DNA of 64,000 nt from Ilumatobacteraceae bacterium (GCA_044239355.1 JBIIBO010000006.1:18311-82310); one strand, 5' to 3'; shown: positions 37,117 to 47,653, numbered from the stretch's first letter. The notes: generated by a model from the sequence alone, not told the origin. Translations and numbers: made by a program.

Positions 37117-38299
37117 AAGCCAGATAGGTGATTGCTGCACACGCAGCAAGACATGAAAACATCACAATGGTGCTTCGTACGCCTATTGATTCAGACACCA
37201 ATCCGGCAGCAATGCTTGTGAGGCTTAACATCAAGGTGACAAGTGCGAAGTCGCCAGCGATTACTCGTCCGCGCAATTCATCAGGGGCTTCCATTTGAAG
37301 ACCAAGTGTGGACAAGGTCCACTGTGCGCCTCCACCAAGGTGTGCAAGTGCTACAAAAACCACCGCGACACCAAGAGTGGGGCTTAGCCCCACTCCGAGA
37401 TAGGCGATAGAAAAACACAGTCCGGCCCAACCACACACACGCAATAACTTGGCCATGTCACGTTGTACTAATCGCGCAGCAAGGATCGGGCCAAGTCCAG
37501 ATCCGACGCCGCGGGCTCCAAGAAGCGCTCCGCGTCCTGCATCACCGGCACCAAATGCATCAGATGCAAGGACTGCAAGCTGACTGACAATTCCTGCGCC
37601 GACTGCAAAAGTTGTTTTTGACGCAAGTAGTGCCAAGATCACTTTGTTATGACGTGCCAACGTAATGGCTTCATTCATGTCTGCTAGTGGTCGTACGCGA
37701 CGAGTTGACGAGCGTACCCTTTCACGCTGCATGGGGCGTGTAATACGTGACACGAGAAATGCTGCAATCACAAACGTGAGCGCGTCGGCCACAAATGATG
37801 CTTGACGACCAAAGGCAGACGAGAACATTCCACCCAAGCCAGCACCGACAGCCAACATGATTCCCCATGTACTGCCAAATAATGAGTTGGCGTATCTGAG
37901 GTCCTGGTCGTTGTCCACCAGATTGGGAATTGCAGCACCCGATGCAGGGCCAATAAAAGCAGCTAAGGCCGAGATGGTGCTTTGACACACAAATGCAAGC
38001 CACACAGTGTTGTTGTCGACGAGTAAAAACCCCAGTGCCGCAACTGCTTGGGCAATGGAGACAACAAAGATGATCTTGCGTCGATCGAAGCGATCAGCAA
38101 ATGATCCAGCAATAGGGGACATGAGAAACGAGGGCAATGTGAGTGACACCAAGACCAGTGACACCAAGAACTTTGAACCCGTGAGATCGTCTATGAGTCC
38201 TGCAAGGGCAACGAACGTGAACCAGTCACCCAGATACGACACCACTTGGGCGCCGAAAAGAAATCGAATGTCGCGATTGCGACGAAGAAGATTTAACAA
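37067..38299 (-). CDS. MFS transporter
   Basis: 410 aa, about 12 predicted TM segments, with the DRFDRRK loop motif. Confidence 0.8.
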   Translation of the reverse strand: MLNLLRRNRDIRFLFGAQVVSYLGDWFTFVALAGLIDDLTGSKFLVSLVLVSLTLPSFLMSPIAGSFADRFDRRKIIFVVSIAQAVAALGFLLVDNNTVWLAFVCQSTISALAAFIGPASGAAIPNLVDNDQDLRYANSLFGSTWGIMLAVGAGLGGMFSSAFGRQASFVADALTFVIAAFLVSRITRPMQRERVRSSTRRVRPLADMNEAITLARHNKVILALLASKTTFAVGAGIVSQLAVLASDAFGAGDAGRGALLGARGVGSGLGPILAARLVQRDMAKLLRVCGWAGLCFSIAYLGVGLSPTLGVAVVFVALAHLGGGAQWTLSTLGLQMEAPDELRGRVIAGDFALVTLMLSLTSIAAGLVSESIGVRSTIVMFSCLAACAAITYLASTRSLRQHLRNASPQQ

Positions 38300-38301
38300 A
38301 A

Positions 38302-39264
38302 TCAGCGCATCGAATCGAGACGCTCAAGAGTCTGGATTGCGTCAGCCATGATCTCGGCCACTACTTGTCGTGCGGGCTTAATCTCATCGATTGCACCCAC
38401 TGATTGTCCGATTGCCATAAACGCACGATTGGTATCAAGCTCTACTTCTGGACCCACACCTAGGTGATGAATACCAGCTTGGATGGTGGCAATTGCTTGT
38501 CCAGGGAAACCTTGTAGTTCTTCGGGGTGTTCTTCGAAGTGTTGGGTCCACTCGGTGCGTGCCACGCGACATGTCTTACCCGTGTAAGCCTTGCTAATGA
38601 CAGTGTCATCTTCTGCCATCTCCAACATTTTTTCTTTATAGCCACGACCAGTGTGTGCCTCATGAGTAGCGATGAATTTGGTACCAATCCATACACCTTC
38701 TGCGCCAAGGGCAAGCGATGCAATAAGTCCACGTCCATCAAAGATTCCGCCTGCAGCAACAACAGGCACTTTTCCTTCCACTGCGTCAACAACTTGTGGA
38801 ACAAGTGCCATCGTGGCCACTACACCTGTGTGTCCGCCTGCTTCTGTTCCTTGAGCAACAACAAAATCACATCCACTAGCAACCGCTGCAATGGCATGGC
38901 GCACTTTGCCACACATTGATCCCACCAAGATGTTGTGGGAATGAAGTTCATCCACAATCTCGCGCGGTACGCCAAGACCTGCCACATAGATACTGGCTCC
39001 GCCTTCAATGATTGCTTTGAGGTTGCGTTCAATGGAGTCAGGAGATGCGGTGAGAAGGTCCACTCCAAATGGCTTGTTGGTGAGGGTGCGCACTTTGGCC
39101 ATCTCTGAGATCAGTAATTCAGTTGTCATCGGGGCGGCACCAAAAGTTCCAATACCGCCTGCATCAGAGACTGCAGCCACTAAATCGCTGTATGAGACGC
39201 CTCCCATGCCGGCGAGCATGATGGGTAACTCGATATCAAACATTTCAGTGAGGCGCGTTTTCAT
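38302..39264 (-). CDS. nitronate monooxygenase (NMO/FabK-like FMN oxidoreductase)
   Basis: Motifs ELPIMLAGMGGVS and VVAQGTEAGGHTG. Confidence 0.85.
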   Translation of the reverse strand: MKTRLTEMFDIELPIMLAGMGGVSYSDLVAAVSDAGGIGTFGAAPMTTELLISEMAKVRTLTNKPFGVDLLTASPDSIERNLKAIIEGGASIYVAGLGVPREIVDELHSHNILVGSMCGKVRHAIAAVASGCDFVVAQGTEAGGHTGVVATMALVPQVVDAVEGKVPVVAAGGIFDGRGLIASLALGAEGVWIGTKFIATHEAHTGRGYKEKMLEMAEDDTVISKAYTGKTCRVARTEWTQHFEEHPEELQGFPGQAIATIQAGIHHLGVGPEVELDTNRAFMAIGQSVGAIDEIKPARQVVAEIMADAIQTLERLDSMR

Positions 39265-39304
39265 AGATACTTACCGTACAACTCGGCGGCGTGTGATGGC
39301 CTAA

Positions 39305-40516
39305 TCAGGACAGTGTGCGATATGCCCCAGGCCGGCGCAGAAATCCACGATGCCACCGTCGAGGGGTGAAAAGCGCGGCTCGAGGCTCATCTTCAAACAT
39401 CCAGCGCACAAAATACCGCTTTGTCCATGCGGTGCTGTTGACGATGGCAAGTACACGACGAGTTGTTCGTGGGGAAGAAAGCAATCTGCCCAAAAACTTC
39501 GATATGCGATGGTCGGCTAGCAAAGTTGTATCAAGTGTCCGTGAGTAGTGGTGACGAACTTGGCTTGGGGTGTCGTTGTGTGCAATCGCATGTGCTGCAG
39601 CTATGCCGGTCTCTAATGCTTGTGCAATTCCCTCGCCAGTCATGACGTCGGTGGCGCACACTGCATCACCCACAAAAAGAATGCGCCCCGTTGCGCGCAC
39701 AGCATTGTCAATACGTGCAGGAATTGGCCACGCGGTGTGTCGATCTTCAGGCACAACTGTGTTGCCCAGTGCAGCACGTATGTGGGGTCGGTCAAATAAA
39801 TCCACCCATGTCTTTTTCATAAACTGCATCGAAGTCGCATCATTGCGCATCATGCAAAAACCAAAGTTCACTCGATTGTTGGGTAAAGGAAATGACCATG
39901 CGTATCCAGGAAGAAGATCATCGTCAAACCACACGTATAAATCTTCTGCCGCGGGTCCATTCACATCGCTGAGGTACTGGCGAAATGCATGCCACTCACC
40001 GAGATAACCAGGAGTGGACATTTCTAATGATTTACGGATTGGCGACCACATCCCGTCTGCAGCAATGACATAGTCGGCCTCAACGATGCCTAGTCCTTCA
40101 ATATCAACGGTGACAGTGTCGGCGTCGTTACGCACGACACTGCGAAAGCTATGCCCTTGGTGCACTGGGATCCCAAGTTGGATGCATTGTTGAACGAGCG
40201 CATCATCAAGTTGTCGCCGGGGCGCCACAGCGGCGAACATGCCTTGTCCTTCAGGAAGATCCATCTCTACTGAGCGTCCATCGGGTGATTGCACAATCAC
40301 CTTGTGGGTCTGTTTCCAATCAGGCACTGTGTGTGGTGAGAAGTTGAGATGTTCCAAGATGCGCAATGCATTGGTGGTGAGGCCATCACCGCAACATTTG
40401 TCTCTGGGGAAGGTGGCTTTGTCGACCACTGTGACGCTGTGGCCAAGGCGGTGCAACGTGACGGCACACGCGCTACCAGAAGGGCCAGCACCAATTATGA
40501 GGACCTTTTTTGCCAC
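39305..40516 (-). CDS. geranylgeranyl reductase family FAD-dependent oxidoreductase
   Basis: Motif VLIIGAGPSGSACA...VVDKATFPRDKCCGDGLT. Start trimmed to GTG 40516 (VAKKVLIIGAGP). Confidence 0.75.
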   Translation of the reverse strand: MAKKVLIIGAGPSGSACAVTLHRLGHSVTVVDKATFPRDKCCGDGLTTNALRILEHLNFSPHTVPDWKQTHKVIVQSPDGRSVEMDLPEGQGMFAAVAPRRQLDDALVQQCIQLGIPVHQGHSFRSVVRNDADTVTVDIEGLGIVEADYVIAADGMWSPIRKSLEMSTPGYLGEWHAFRQYLSDVNGPAAEDLYVWFDDDLLPGYAWSFPLPNNRVNFGFCMMRNDATSMQFMKKTWVDLFDRPHIRAALGNTVVPEDRHTAWPIPARIDNAVRATGRILFVGDAVCATDVMTGEGIAQALETGIAAAHAIAHNDTPSQVRHHYSRTLDTTLLADHRISKFLGRLLSSPRTTRRVLAIVNSTAWTKRYFVRWMFEDEPRAALFTPRRWHRGFLRRPGAYRTLS

Positions 40517-40623
40517 GCTTTCGAGGCTAGGGGGCCTTGGGCTATGTCGGCTGTGACACCAGTTCGTAGTATCAAAGGCGGACACCATGAGGTGTTGTCC
40601 CATTTACAAAGAGGAGAGCCGTC

Positions 40624-41553
40624 GTGGCGAAGTTGTGTGAAGGCCGTGTTGCCGTAGTTACAGGAGCAGGACGCGGAATTGGTCGCGAGCATGCATTGAG
40701 TTTGGCAAGCCAAGGCGCCAAAGTTGTGGTGAACGATCTTGGTGGCAATATTGACGGAAGTGGTGGCGATGTGAGCCCCGCACAATCTGTTGTCGATGAA
40801 ATCAAGGCAATGGGTGGCGAAGCTGTTGCAAATGGTGATGACATCTCTTCTTGGGAAGGCGCACAGCGTCTCATCAATACCGCAGTGGAGACCTTTGGCG
40901 ACATCAACATCGTGGTGAATAACGCAGGAATTTTGCGCGACCGCATGTTGACCAACATGACCGAAGAAGAGTGGGATGCAGTTATCAAGGTACACATGAA
41001 GGGCACATTTGGTCCTAGCCGCTGGGCTGCTGCATATTGGCGTGAACAAGCCAAAGCAGGCAAAGAGGTATACGGCCGCATCATCAACACCACATCTGTG
41101 TCGGGAATCTACGGCAACGTGGGCCAGACAAACTACGGTGCAGCAAAAGCTGGTATTGCATCGTTCACTGTGATTGCAGCCCTTGAGTTGGCACGTTTTG
41201 GTGTGACAGTAAATGCTGTTGCGCCAGTTGCTCTCACTCGTATGACTGAAGGTTTGGGCAATGCGCCAGAGACCGACGAAGAGCGCGAGATGCGTTCACC
41301 ACGTTGGATCGCCCCGATTGTTACTTGGTTAGCAGGAAGCGAAGCAGGCGATGTCACTGGTCGCGTGTTTGAAGCAAGTGGTCAGACATTGGCAATTGCT
41401 GAAGGCTGGCATCGTGGACCAAGCGTGTCGCCAATTGACGACCCCACCAAGATTGGCGCTGCTGTTTCAGAGATGCTCAAGACTGCACGTCCAAATGCGG
41501 GAATGGATGGACGCGACGGCTCCTATCCACAAAACACCATTGGAAAGAAGTAG
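40624..41553 (+). CDS. SDR, MFE-2-type 3-hydroxyacyl-CoA dehydrogenase-like
   Basis: AGAGGAGAG SD upstream of a GTG start. Motif GRVAVVTGAGRGIGREHALSLASQGAKVVVNDLGG plus YGAAK. Confidence 0.85.
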   Translation: MAKLCEGRVAVVTGAGRGIGREHALSLASQGAKVVVNDLGGNIDGSGGDVSPAQSVVDEIKAMGGEAVANGDDISSWEGAQRLINTAVETFGDINIVVNNAGILRDRMLTNMTEEEWDAVIKVHMKGTFGPSRWAAAYWREQAKAGKEVYGRIINTTSVSGIYGNVGQTNYGAAKAGIASFTVIAALELARFGVTVNAVAPVALTRMTEGLGNAPETDEEREMRSPRWIAPIVTWLAGSEAGDVTGRVFEASGQTLAIAEGWHRGPSVSPIDDPTKIGAAVSEMLKTARPNAGMDGRDGSYPQNTIGKK

Positions 41554-41562
41554 GTCAACAAC

Positions 41563-42420
41563 ATGGCTTTGAATCCAGAAGCAGTCGGTTCAGTAGGTGA
41601 GCCGTACCAAATTTCATGGTCCTCGAAAGATTCCCTGTTGTATGCAGTGAGTTTGAATGTGGGCTCGGAACAATTGCAATACGTCACAGAAAACTCCACT
41701 GGAGTGACACAAAAAGCTCTGCCCACCATGCCAGTGGTATTGGGTTCTGGTCAAGCAACCGCTGCATCGAACCCGATGCGCAATGTGGGTGAATTCAACT
41801 TTGCAAACCTCGTGCATGCATCACAAGCAATCACATTGCATCAGCCACTTCCCGTAGAAGGAACTGCCACGGTGCAAAGCAAGCTTGTGGCGATGTACGA
41901 CAAGGTAAAGGCTGCAGTGATTGTGACGGAAGCAGAAGCCACCGATGCCGCTGGCAAGCCGCTGTACTCCACGCGCTCTTCTGTATTCATTCGTGAAGCC
42001 GGTGGCTTTGGTGGAGAGCGTGGCCCAAGTGGCGCAGTCAATGAACCACCAGCAAAGGCTCCTGATCACGAGGTCACTTTTCAGACAACCCCCGACCAAG
42101 CACTGTTGTATCGCCTCAACGGCGATCGCAATCCTTTGCACTCAGATCCCAATCATCCAGCTGTTGCAGCCGGAGTGTTCCCTAAGCCCATCCTTCACGG
42201 ATTGTGCACTTACGGATTTACGGGTCGTGGTTTGTTGAATGCACTATGTGACGGTGATGCTGATCGCTTCAAGCACATTGAAGGTCGCTTTGCATCTCCT
42301 GTATTTCCAGGTGACGCTCTCACTATAAAAATCTGGAATAGCGGTGCTGGCGAGGCATTGTTTGAGACCTATGTGGGTGATCGCAAAGTCATCGACCAAG
42401 GCTTGGTGCGCTTTAGCTAA
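41563..42420 (+). CDS. MaoC-family (R)-specific enoyl-CoA hydratase (double hot-dog, hydratase-2 type)
   Basis: Hydratase-2 motif YRLNGDRNPLHSDPNHPA. The 285-aa length fits a double hot-dog fold. Confidence 0.85.
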   Translation: MALNPEAVGSVGEPYQISWSSKDSLLYAVSLNVGSEQLQYVTENSTGVTQKALPTMPVVLGSGQATAASNPMRNVGEFNFANLVHASQAITLHQPLPVEGTATVQSKLVAMYDKVKAAVIVTEAEATDAAGKPLYSTRSSVFIREAGGFGGERGPSGAVNEPPAKAPDHEVTFQTTPDQALLYRLNGDRNPLHSDPNHPAVAAGVFPKPILHGLCTYGFTGRGLLNALCDGDADRFKHIEGRFASPVFPGDALTIKIWNSGAGEALFETYVGDRKVIDQGLVRFS

Positions 42421-43075
42421 ACAGTGTCCAGTCATCTGACTTTTTGCCACGCAATTCGTCATAGTTGACTTCCACACACTTAATCCCGCGTGACTCTGCA
42501 AGTGTGCGTGCTTGTGGCTTAATGCTTTGTGCAACAAACATGCCTCGCAGTGTCCCCAAAGTGGGGTCATTGGATAGGTCGGCAAGATACCGAGTGAGTT
42601 GTTCTACGCCGTCAATTTCTCCACGTCGCTTCACTTCAATCACCACTGTGTTGCCCTCGGAGTCTTTGCACAAAATGTCCACGGGGCCAAGGGCGGTGTA
42701 ATGCTCACGTCGAAGGAGAACAAGACCTGTTTCCATTACCTCGGGTGATGCTGCAAGAAGTTCTTGAAGTTGTTTTTCTACACCATCTTTTTCTAACCCC
42801 GGATCTGTTCCCAGTTCATGGGCAGATTCGTAAAAAATCTCGTGGAAAAGGATTGTCATTGTTTCGCCTTTGGGGTTGCGCACAATCCACGAATCGCTCA
42901 TTTCTTCAATGGTGTTGGGTGAGTTCATCCAATTCAGTGGCTTGTATGCACCACCGTCGGAGTGAATAGCCACGCAGCCATCGGCCTTCACCATGACGAG
43001 ACGAATTGCATCTGGCAAACGTGTATCGAGGCGACCTGCATAATCCACAGTGCATCGAGCGACAATCAATCTCAC
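42413..43075 (-). CDS. nucS: endonuclease NucS (EndoMS)
   Basis: Sequence MRLIVARCTVDYAGRLDTRLPDAIRLVMVKADGCVAIHSDGGAYKPLNWM... and ...VVIEVKRRGEIDGVEQLTRY. Size is 220 aa. Confidence 0.9.
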   Translation of the reverse strand: MRLIVARCTVDYAGRLDTRLPDAIRLVMVKADGCVAIHSDGGAYKPLNWMNSPNTIEEMSDSWIVRNPKGETMTILFHEIFYESAHELGTDPGLEKDGVEKQLQELLAASPEVMETGLVLLRREHYTALGPVDILCKDSEGNTVVIEVKRRGEIDGVEQLTRYLADLSNDPTLGTLRGMFVAQSIKPQARTLAESRGIKCVEVNYDELRGKKSDDWTLFS

Positions 43076-43117
43076 GTTTTCTATTCTCGCTCATGATGGC
43101 GGGCGAATACCAAAAAC

Positions 43118-44752
43118 TCAGCCGACGAGGTGGTCTTTCATGCGTTTTTGAATCAGTTCTCGTCGCCGCTGCAGTTCGCGGTAGGTCAAGGTATCGGTCG
43201 ACTCATCAACGCCCAAACTGGCCTTCACGCTTCCCAGGTCAATTTGGAAAGTGTTCTGATCAACGCCAAGCTCTCGGAAAATACGCTCTCCGTGTCGTTG
43301 AGTAAAGATCATGGTGATGTTGGTTAACTCAGCGATGATGTCGAGATCTGGTGCAAGTCGTGCAATTGCGCCATCCAAAAAGACCATGTTTTTCACGTAC
43401 AGCATCAATTCCTTGGGAAGCTTGGCTCCATATGCCAATAGTGATTTCACAATGCGCTGCACTTCTTGGACTAGTTCTTCGCCATTAAGTGTTGTGGGAT
43501 CTACGGGTTGATCAAGTTTCAAATCCACAATCACCGCATCGATATCTGTGTCTTGGGGCAAAGCGCCAAGATCACGTAAAGCTGCAACTTGACCACGAAG
43601 GTCATTTGTTGTGGCCCCAAGCATCAGGCGCATAAAAGCCATACGTCGTTTGTCATTAAGTCGACCCACAATGCCGAAATCGAGCAGTGCTGTTCGACCA
43701 TCGTTGAGGACAAAAAGATTTCCACCGTGAAGGTCGCCATGGAAGACACCGTGTACGAGTGCGCCTTCCATGAATGCGATCATTCCTGCGCGAACAACTG
43801 CTTCGGTATCAATGCCGGCTGCCTGCATGCCTTCCACATCATCGAAATTGAAACCTTGCAGACGTTCCATCACAAGAATGCGACGCGTCACAAGTTGTGG
43901 GTGAGGACGTGGAACGATGTAGGCCTCTTGACGTAGTTCGTGCATCATGGCCGCGACATCGACCATGTTGTCGGCTTCCATGCGGAAGTCAAGTTCTTCC
44001 ACGATGGTTTCAGCGAAAAGTTCCACCAATGCTGGCGGATTGGCAAGGGCGGCAACTTTGATGCGACCAATCATGAAAGGAGCAATCCATGCCATCACTT
44101 GTAAGTCCTTGCGCACCAAGGTGCTTACGCGTGGTCGTTGCACCTTGATGACTACATCTTCACCAGTGAGCAATTGTGCACGGTGCACTTGTGCGATGGA
44201 TGCCGCTGCAAGAGCAGTTCTTTCCACGTTGATGAATACATCGTCGAGACGTGCACCAAGATCTTGTTCGATAGTTGTGCGCACACTGTCCCAAGGTTCA
44301 GGTGGTACTTGGTCACGGCAGCGCTTGAATTCATCGACAAGCTCAGTAGGGAAGAGGCCTTCACCACTCGAGATGATTTGTGCAAGCTTTATGTAGGTGG
44401 CGCCCAATTTTTCAATGGCCACACGAAGACGTTGAGAGACATAAGTGCGTGACTCTTCAGGGGTGGCGAAGCGTTTTCTCTTTTTGTTAATGAACCATGG
44501 CAACAAGGCTGTGCCAAGGTGCCACACCACAACAATCAGTCGACCAATGGGGGGAAACCTGCGTGTGCGAATAAGAGTGGGAACTTCTTTGCGAGCCGCC
44601 TCGCGCAGAACTACTGCCACTTGAGACCAGGTGATTGCGTCACGGTCAAGGACCCAGGGGCCAGAGTCAGAAAAGTTTCCCCATGAGAGGTCTGAGTGGG
44701 AGGTTGTCACAAAATCAGTCTGCCGTTTGCCTGCCTGAAAGACGGGCGACAT
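43118..44752 (-). CDS. ABC1/UbiB-family atypical kinase
   Basis: Motifs AAASIAQVHRA, VVIKVQRP and HGDLHGGNL. Trimmed to ATG 44752. The track start at 44965 overlaps the divergent CoA-transferase. Confidence 0.8.
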   Translation of the reverse strand: MSPVFQAGKRQTDFVTTSHSDLSWGNFSDSGPWVLDRDAITWSQVAVVLREAARKEVPTLIRTRRFPPIGRLIVVVWHLGTALLPWFINKKRKRFATPEESRTYVSQRLRVAIEKLGATYIKLAQIISSGEGLFPTELVDEFKRCRDQVPPEPWDSVRTTIEQDLGARLDDVFINVERTALAAASIAQVHRAQLLTGEDVVIKVQRPRVSTLVRKDLQVMAWIAPFMIGRIKVAALANPPALVELFAETIVEELDFRMEADNMVDVAAMMHELRQEAYIVPRPHPQLVTRRILVMERLQGFNFDDVEGMQAAGIDTEAVVRAGMIAFMEGALVHGVFHGDLHGGNLFVLNDGRTALLDFGIVGRLNDKRRMAFMRLMLGATTNDLRGQVAALRDLGALPQDTDIDAVIVDLKLDQPVDPTTLNGEELVQEVQRIVKSLLAYGAKLPKELMLYVKNMVFLDGAIARLAPDLDIIAELTNITMIFTQRHGERIFRELGVDQNTFQIDLGSVKASLGVDESTDTLTYRELQRRRELIQKRMKDHLVG

Positions 44753-44794
44753 AGGACACAATAGGGAAGGGAATAAACCGGAAAGGCAATACCG

Positions 44795-45940
44795 ATGACT
44801 CAAGGACCTTTGCACGGCGTGAAAGTAGTGGAGCTTGGCGTGTGGGTTGCAGGGCCTGCGGCGACCGGGATTATGGCCGATTGGGGTGCCGATGTTGTCA
44901 AAGTAGAACCTCCCACTGGCGATCCTCAACGTTCGGTCTTTGGCGCACTTGGTGTTGCTGATCAAAGCGGTGTGCCCCCTTTTGAAATTGATAACCGTGG
45001 CAAACGCTCTGTGGTTGCTGACCTTCGTGATGCACGGGGCATGGAGTCATTGATGTCGCTATTGGCTGATGCCGATGTATTTGTCACCAATGTGCGTCCG
45101 GCTGGACTTGCACGGTTGGGACTTGATCCCAAATCTCTCACGGACCAGTTCCCTCGTTTGATTTATGGAGTGATCACCGGTTATGGCACAACGGGGCCAG
45201 ATGTAGATCGTGCGGGATACGACATTGGTGCATTTTGGGCGCGATCGGGCTTGGCTCACACCACGGTGGCTCCTAATGAGTTACCCCCTGCACTACGCAG
45301 CGGTCAAGGCGATCACACAACGGCACTGTCTTTGGTCTCAGGAGTGATGGCCGCATTGTTTGATCGTGAGCGCACAGGAAAAGGTCGTATGGTGTCCACA
45401 AGTTTGTTGCGCACTGGTATGTACACACTTGGTTGGGATGTTGGTGTGTACTTACGTTTTGGAAAGCGCCAAAGTACAAAACCCAATCGTGAGAATCCTG
45501 CGCCGATGATGAACTGTTATCGCACCGGTGATGGCAGGGCTTTTTGGTTGCTCGGTTTAGAAGCGGACCGGCATTTCCCAGGTTTATTGGCAGCAATAGA
45601 ACGTCCAGAGTTGGCACAAGTAGAAAACTTCAAGAATGCACGTGCACGTTCAATACACGCTGAAGAATTCACCGCAGTGCTTGATGAACACTTTGCAACT
45701 CAGTCTTATGAGTATTGGACGACCCGATTTGATGCACATGATGTGTGGTGGGCGCCGTTGAATTCCATCGCCGAAGCTGTTGTGGATGAACAAGTGTTGG
45801 CATCAGGTGCAATTGTGGACATGACGCCTCGCACAGGTGAAGCGCCATATCGTGCAGTGAATTCACCAGTGGATTTCAGTGACTACGCGCCTACGTATGG
45901 TCCTGTTCCAGCACTTGGAGAACACGACCCACAATGGTGA
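44795..45940 (+). CDS. CaiB/BaiF family (type III) CoA-transferase
   Basis: Sequence GPLHGVKVVELGVWVAGPAATGIMADWGADVVKVEPP... is the typical family N-terminus. Confidence 0.85.
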   Translation: MTQGPLHGVKVVELGVWVAGPAATGIMADWGADVVKVEPPTGDPQRSVFGALGVADQSGVPPFEIDNRGKRSVVADLRDARGMESLMSLLADADVFVTNVRPAGLARLGLDPKSLTDQFPRLIYGVITGYGTTGPDVDRAGYDIGAFWARSGLAHTTVAPNELPPALRSGQGDHTTALSLVSGVMAALFDRERTGKGRMVSTSLLRTGMYTLGWDVGVYLRFGKRQSTKPNRENPAPMMNCYRTGDGRAFWLLGLEADRHFPGLLAAIERPELAQVENFKNARARSIHAEEFTAVLDEHFATQSYEYWTTRFDAHDVWWAPLNSIAEAVVDEQVLASGAIVDMTPRTGEAPYRAVNSPVDFSDYAPTYGPVPALGEHDPQW

Positions 45941-45950
45941 ACCAATAGCA

Positions 45951-46550
45951 ATGTCATTATTTGCAGTGAATGGTCACGAACTGTTGCCCAATGACGGCAG
46001 TGCGAAACTGTATGAATGGGTACTGGGGGATACTGACCCAAATTTGGTTATGCAGGAACTTCTTACCACCGTTCCGTGGTCATCCCAAACCATCACAATG
46101 TTTGGAAAGCAGTATGAAGAACCTCGACGTACTGCATGGTTTGGTGATGTTGGCGCAAGTTACACCTATTCGGGTATCACGATGACACCACTTGCTTGGA
46201 CACCTTTGCTTGAGTCATTGCGCAAGATCTGTGAAGAACGCAGTGGCAGTTCGTTTAATTCAGTGTTGCTGAATCTGTATCGCAATGGCAATGACAAAAT
46301 GGGATGGCATGCAGACGATGAACCTGAACTTGGAACAGAACCCGTCATCGCCTCACTAAGCCTTGGCGCCACTAGACGTTTTCGTTTTCGTCATCGCACC
46401 ACAAAAGAAATAGTGAAGTGTGAACTACCGACTGGTTCGTTGGTGGTGATGAGTGGTCTGTCGCAAAAATGTTGGGTGCATGAGGTGCCGCAGCAAAAAC
46501 GCATCACAGCTCCGCGCATAAATCTGACGTTTCGACAGATTCGTAATTGA
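45951..46550 (+). CDS. alkB: alpha-ketoglutarate-dependent dioxygenase AlkB
   Basis: Motifs MGWHADDEPELG and RINLTFRQI. Trimmed to ATG 45951. Confidence 0.8.
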   Translation: MSLFAVNGHELLPNDGSAKLYEWVLGDTDPNLVMQELLTTVPWSSQTITMFGKQYEEPRRTAWFGDVGASYTYSGITMTPLAWTPLLESLRKICEERSGSSFNSVLLNLYRNGNDKMGWHADDEPELGTEPVIASLSLGATRRFRFRHRTTKEIVKCELPTGSLVVMSGLSQKCWVHEVPQQKRITAPRINLTFRQIRN

Positions 46551-47342
46551 TTACTCGCGCGGGTCGCGTCCCCACAACGCATGAAGAATATCTGTGGTGT
46601 ATTCGGGGCGACACACAAAAAAATCTGGCAACCAAGTATCTGGTTTGTTATAGATAAGAGGAGAGCCGTCAATGCGGCTTGCATGAAGACCAGCAGCCAT
46701 CGCCACTGCCGCAGGTGCCGCTGAATCCCATTGGTGCATGCCGCCATCATGGATGTAGATATCTGCTTCACCCATCAGAATCGACATTGTCTTTGCTCCT
46801 GCACTCCCTAAGCGAAATGCATCACAACCCAAACCTTCTGCAACAAGTACCGCTGCATAAGGGGCTCGATTACGTGAAGTGACGAGGCGAGGCTTTGTGT
46901 CTGGTGTCTTAGGTGGCACCACTGCAGGAGGGTCGGTGGAAAACACAGTGTCGATGCTTGGCAGGGAAACTGCACCTGCAGTGAGAGCTTCGTTTTCCCA
47001 CAATGCAATGTGTACAGCCCAGTCGGCGCGACCTTCGCCGTATTCATTAGTGCCATCTAATGGGTCGATAATCCATACGCGATCGTTACTGAGTCGATTG
47101 TGCGAGTCGCGTCCCTCTTCAGACAGAACTGCATCGTTGGGGCGTAAGGCGGTGAAGGCATCAAGAAGAAAGTGGTGGGCGAGGAGATCTCCCGAATCCT
47201 TCAATTGCCAGATACTGATACCGCGTTCTACTTGTGTATTGCGGTGCTCGTCGAGAATGCGTCCGGCGTGCTGGGCTAATGCCGTTGCAAGTTCGGCATC
47301 GGAGAATCCGCGCAATGTGTCAAATAGTTCGTCGTTGCTCAC
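46551..47342 (-). CDS. cysQ: 3'(2'),5'-bisphosphate nucleotidase / inositol monophosphatase family
   Basis: Motifs WIIDPLDGTNEY and LGSAGAK. CysQ-like size. Confidence 0.75.
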   Translation of the reverse strand: MSNDELFDTLRGFSDAELATALAQHAGRILDEHRNTQVERGISIWQLKDSGDLLAHHFLLDAFTALRPNDAVLSEEGRDSHNRLSNDRVWIIDPLDGTNEYGEGRADWAVHIALWENEALTAGAVSLPSIDTVFSTDPPAVVPPKTPDTKPRLVTSRNRAPYAAVLVAEGLGCDAFRLGSAGAKTMSILMGEADIYIHDGGMHQWDSAAPAAVAMAAGLHASRIDGSPLIYNKPDTWLPDFFVCRPEYTTDILHALWGRDPRE

Positions 47343-47650
47343 TGTTGTCCGCGTGATAAATCGAGCGCATCTCGAATCAGTGCTCGCACATCAGATTCAT
47401 GAGCACCTGCCTCAACAAGAGTGCGTACTCGTTGTTCGATGCGCTCAGCAATGACTTCATCAAAGGTGTCAATACGTGTTCTGGCTGTCACTGCTGAGAC
47501 TGCAATCAATATCAAAGCCGCTATGGCGGTCACCATGCCAAAGGTGACGACCCACCCTTCGTTGTTGCCCGCAATAGAAGAGACAATGAGTGCAGGAATT
47601 CCACTGAGGAAAATGACAAAACAAAACACCTTGATGATTCTCAGTGCCAT
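47339..47650 (-). CDS. small membrane protein (2 TM segments plus a helical tail)
   Basis: 103 aa with two hydrophobic segments. Packed between ettA (3-nt gap) and cysQ (4-nt overlap). Confidence 0.6.
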   Translation of the reverse strand: MALRIIKVFCFVIFLSGIPALIVSSIAGNNEGWVVTFGMVTAIAALILIAVSAVTARTRIDTFDEVIAERIEQRVRTLVEAGAHESDVRALIRDALDLSRGQQ

Positions 47651-47653
47651 GGG

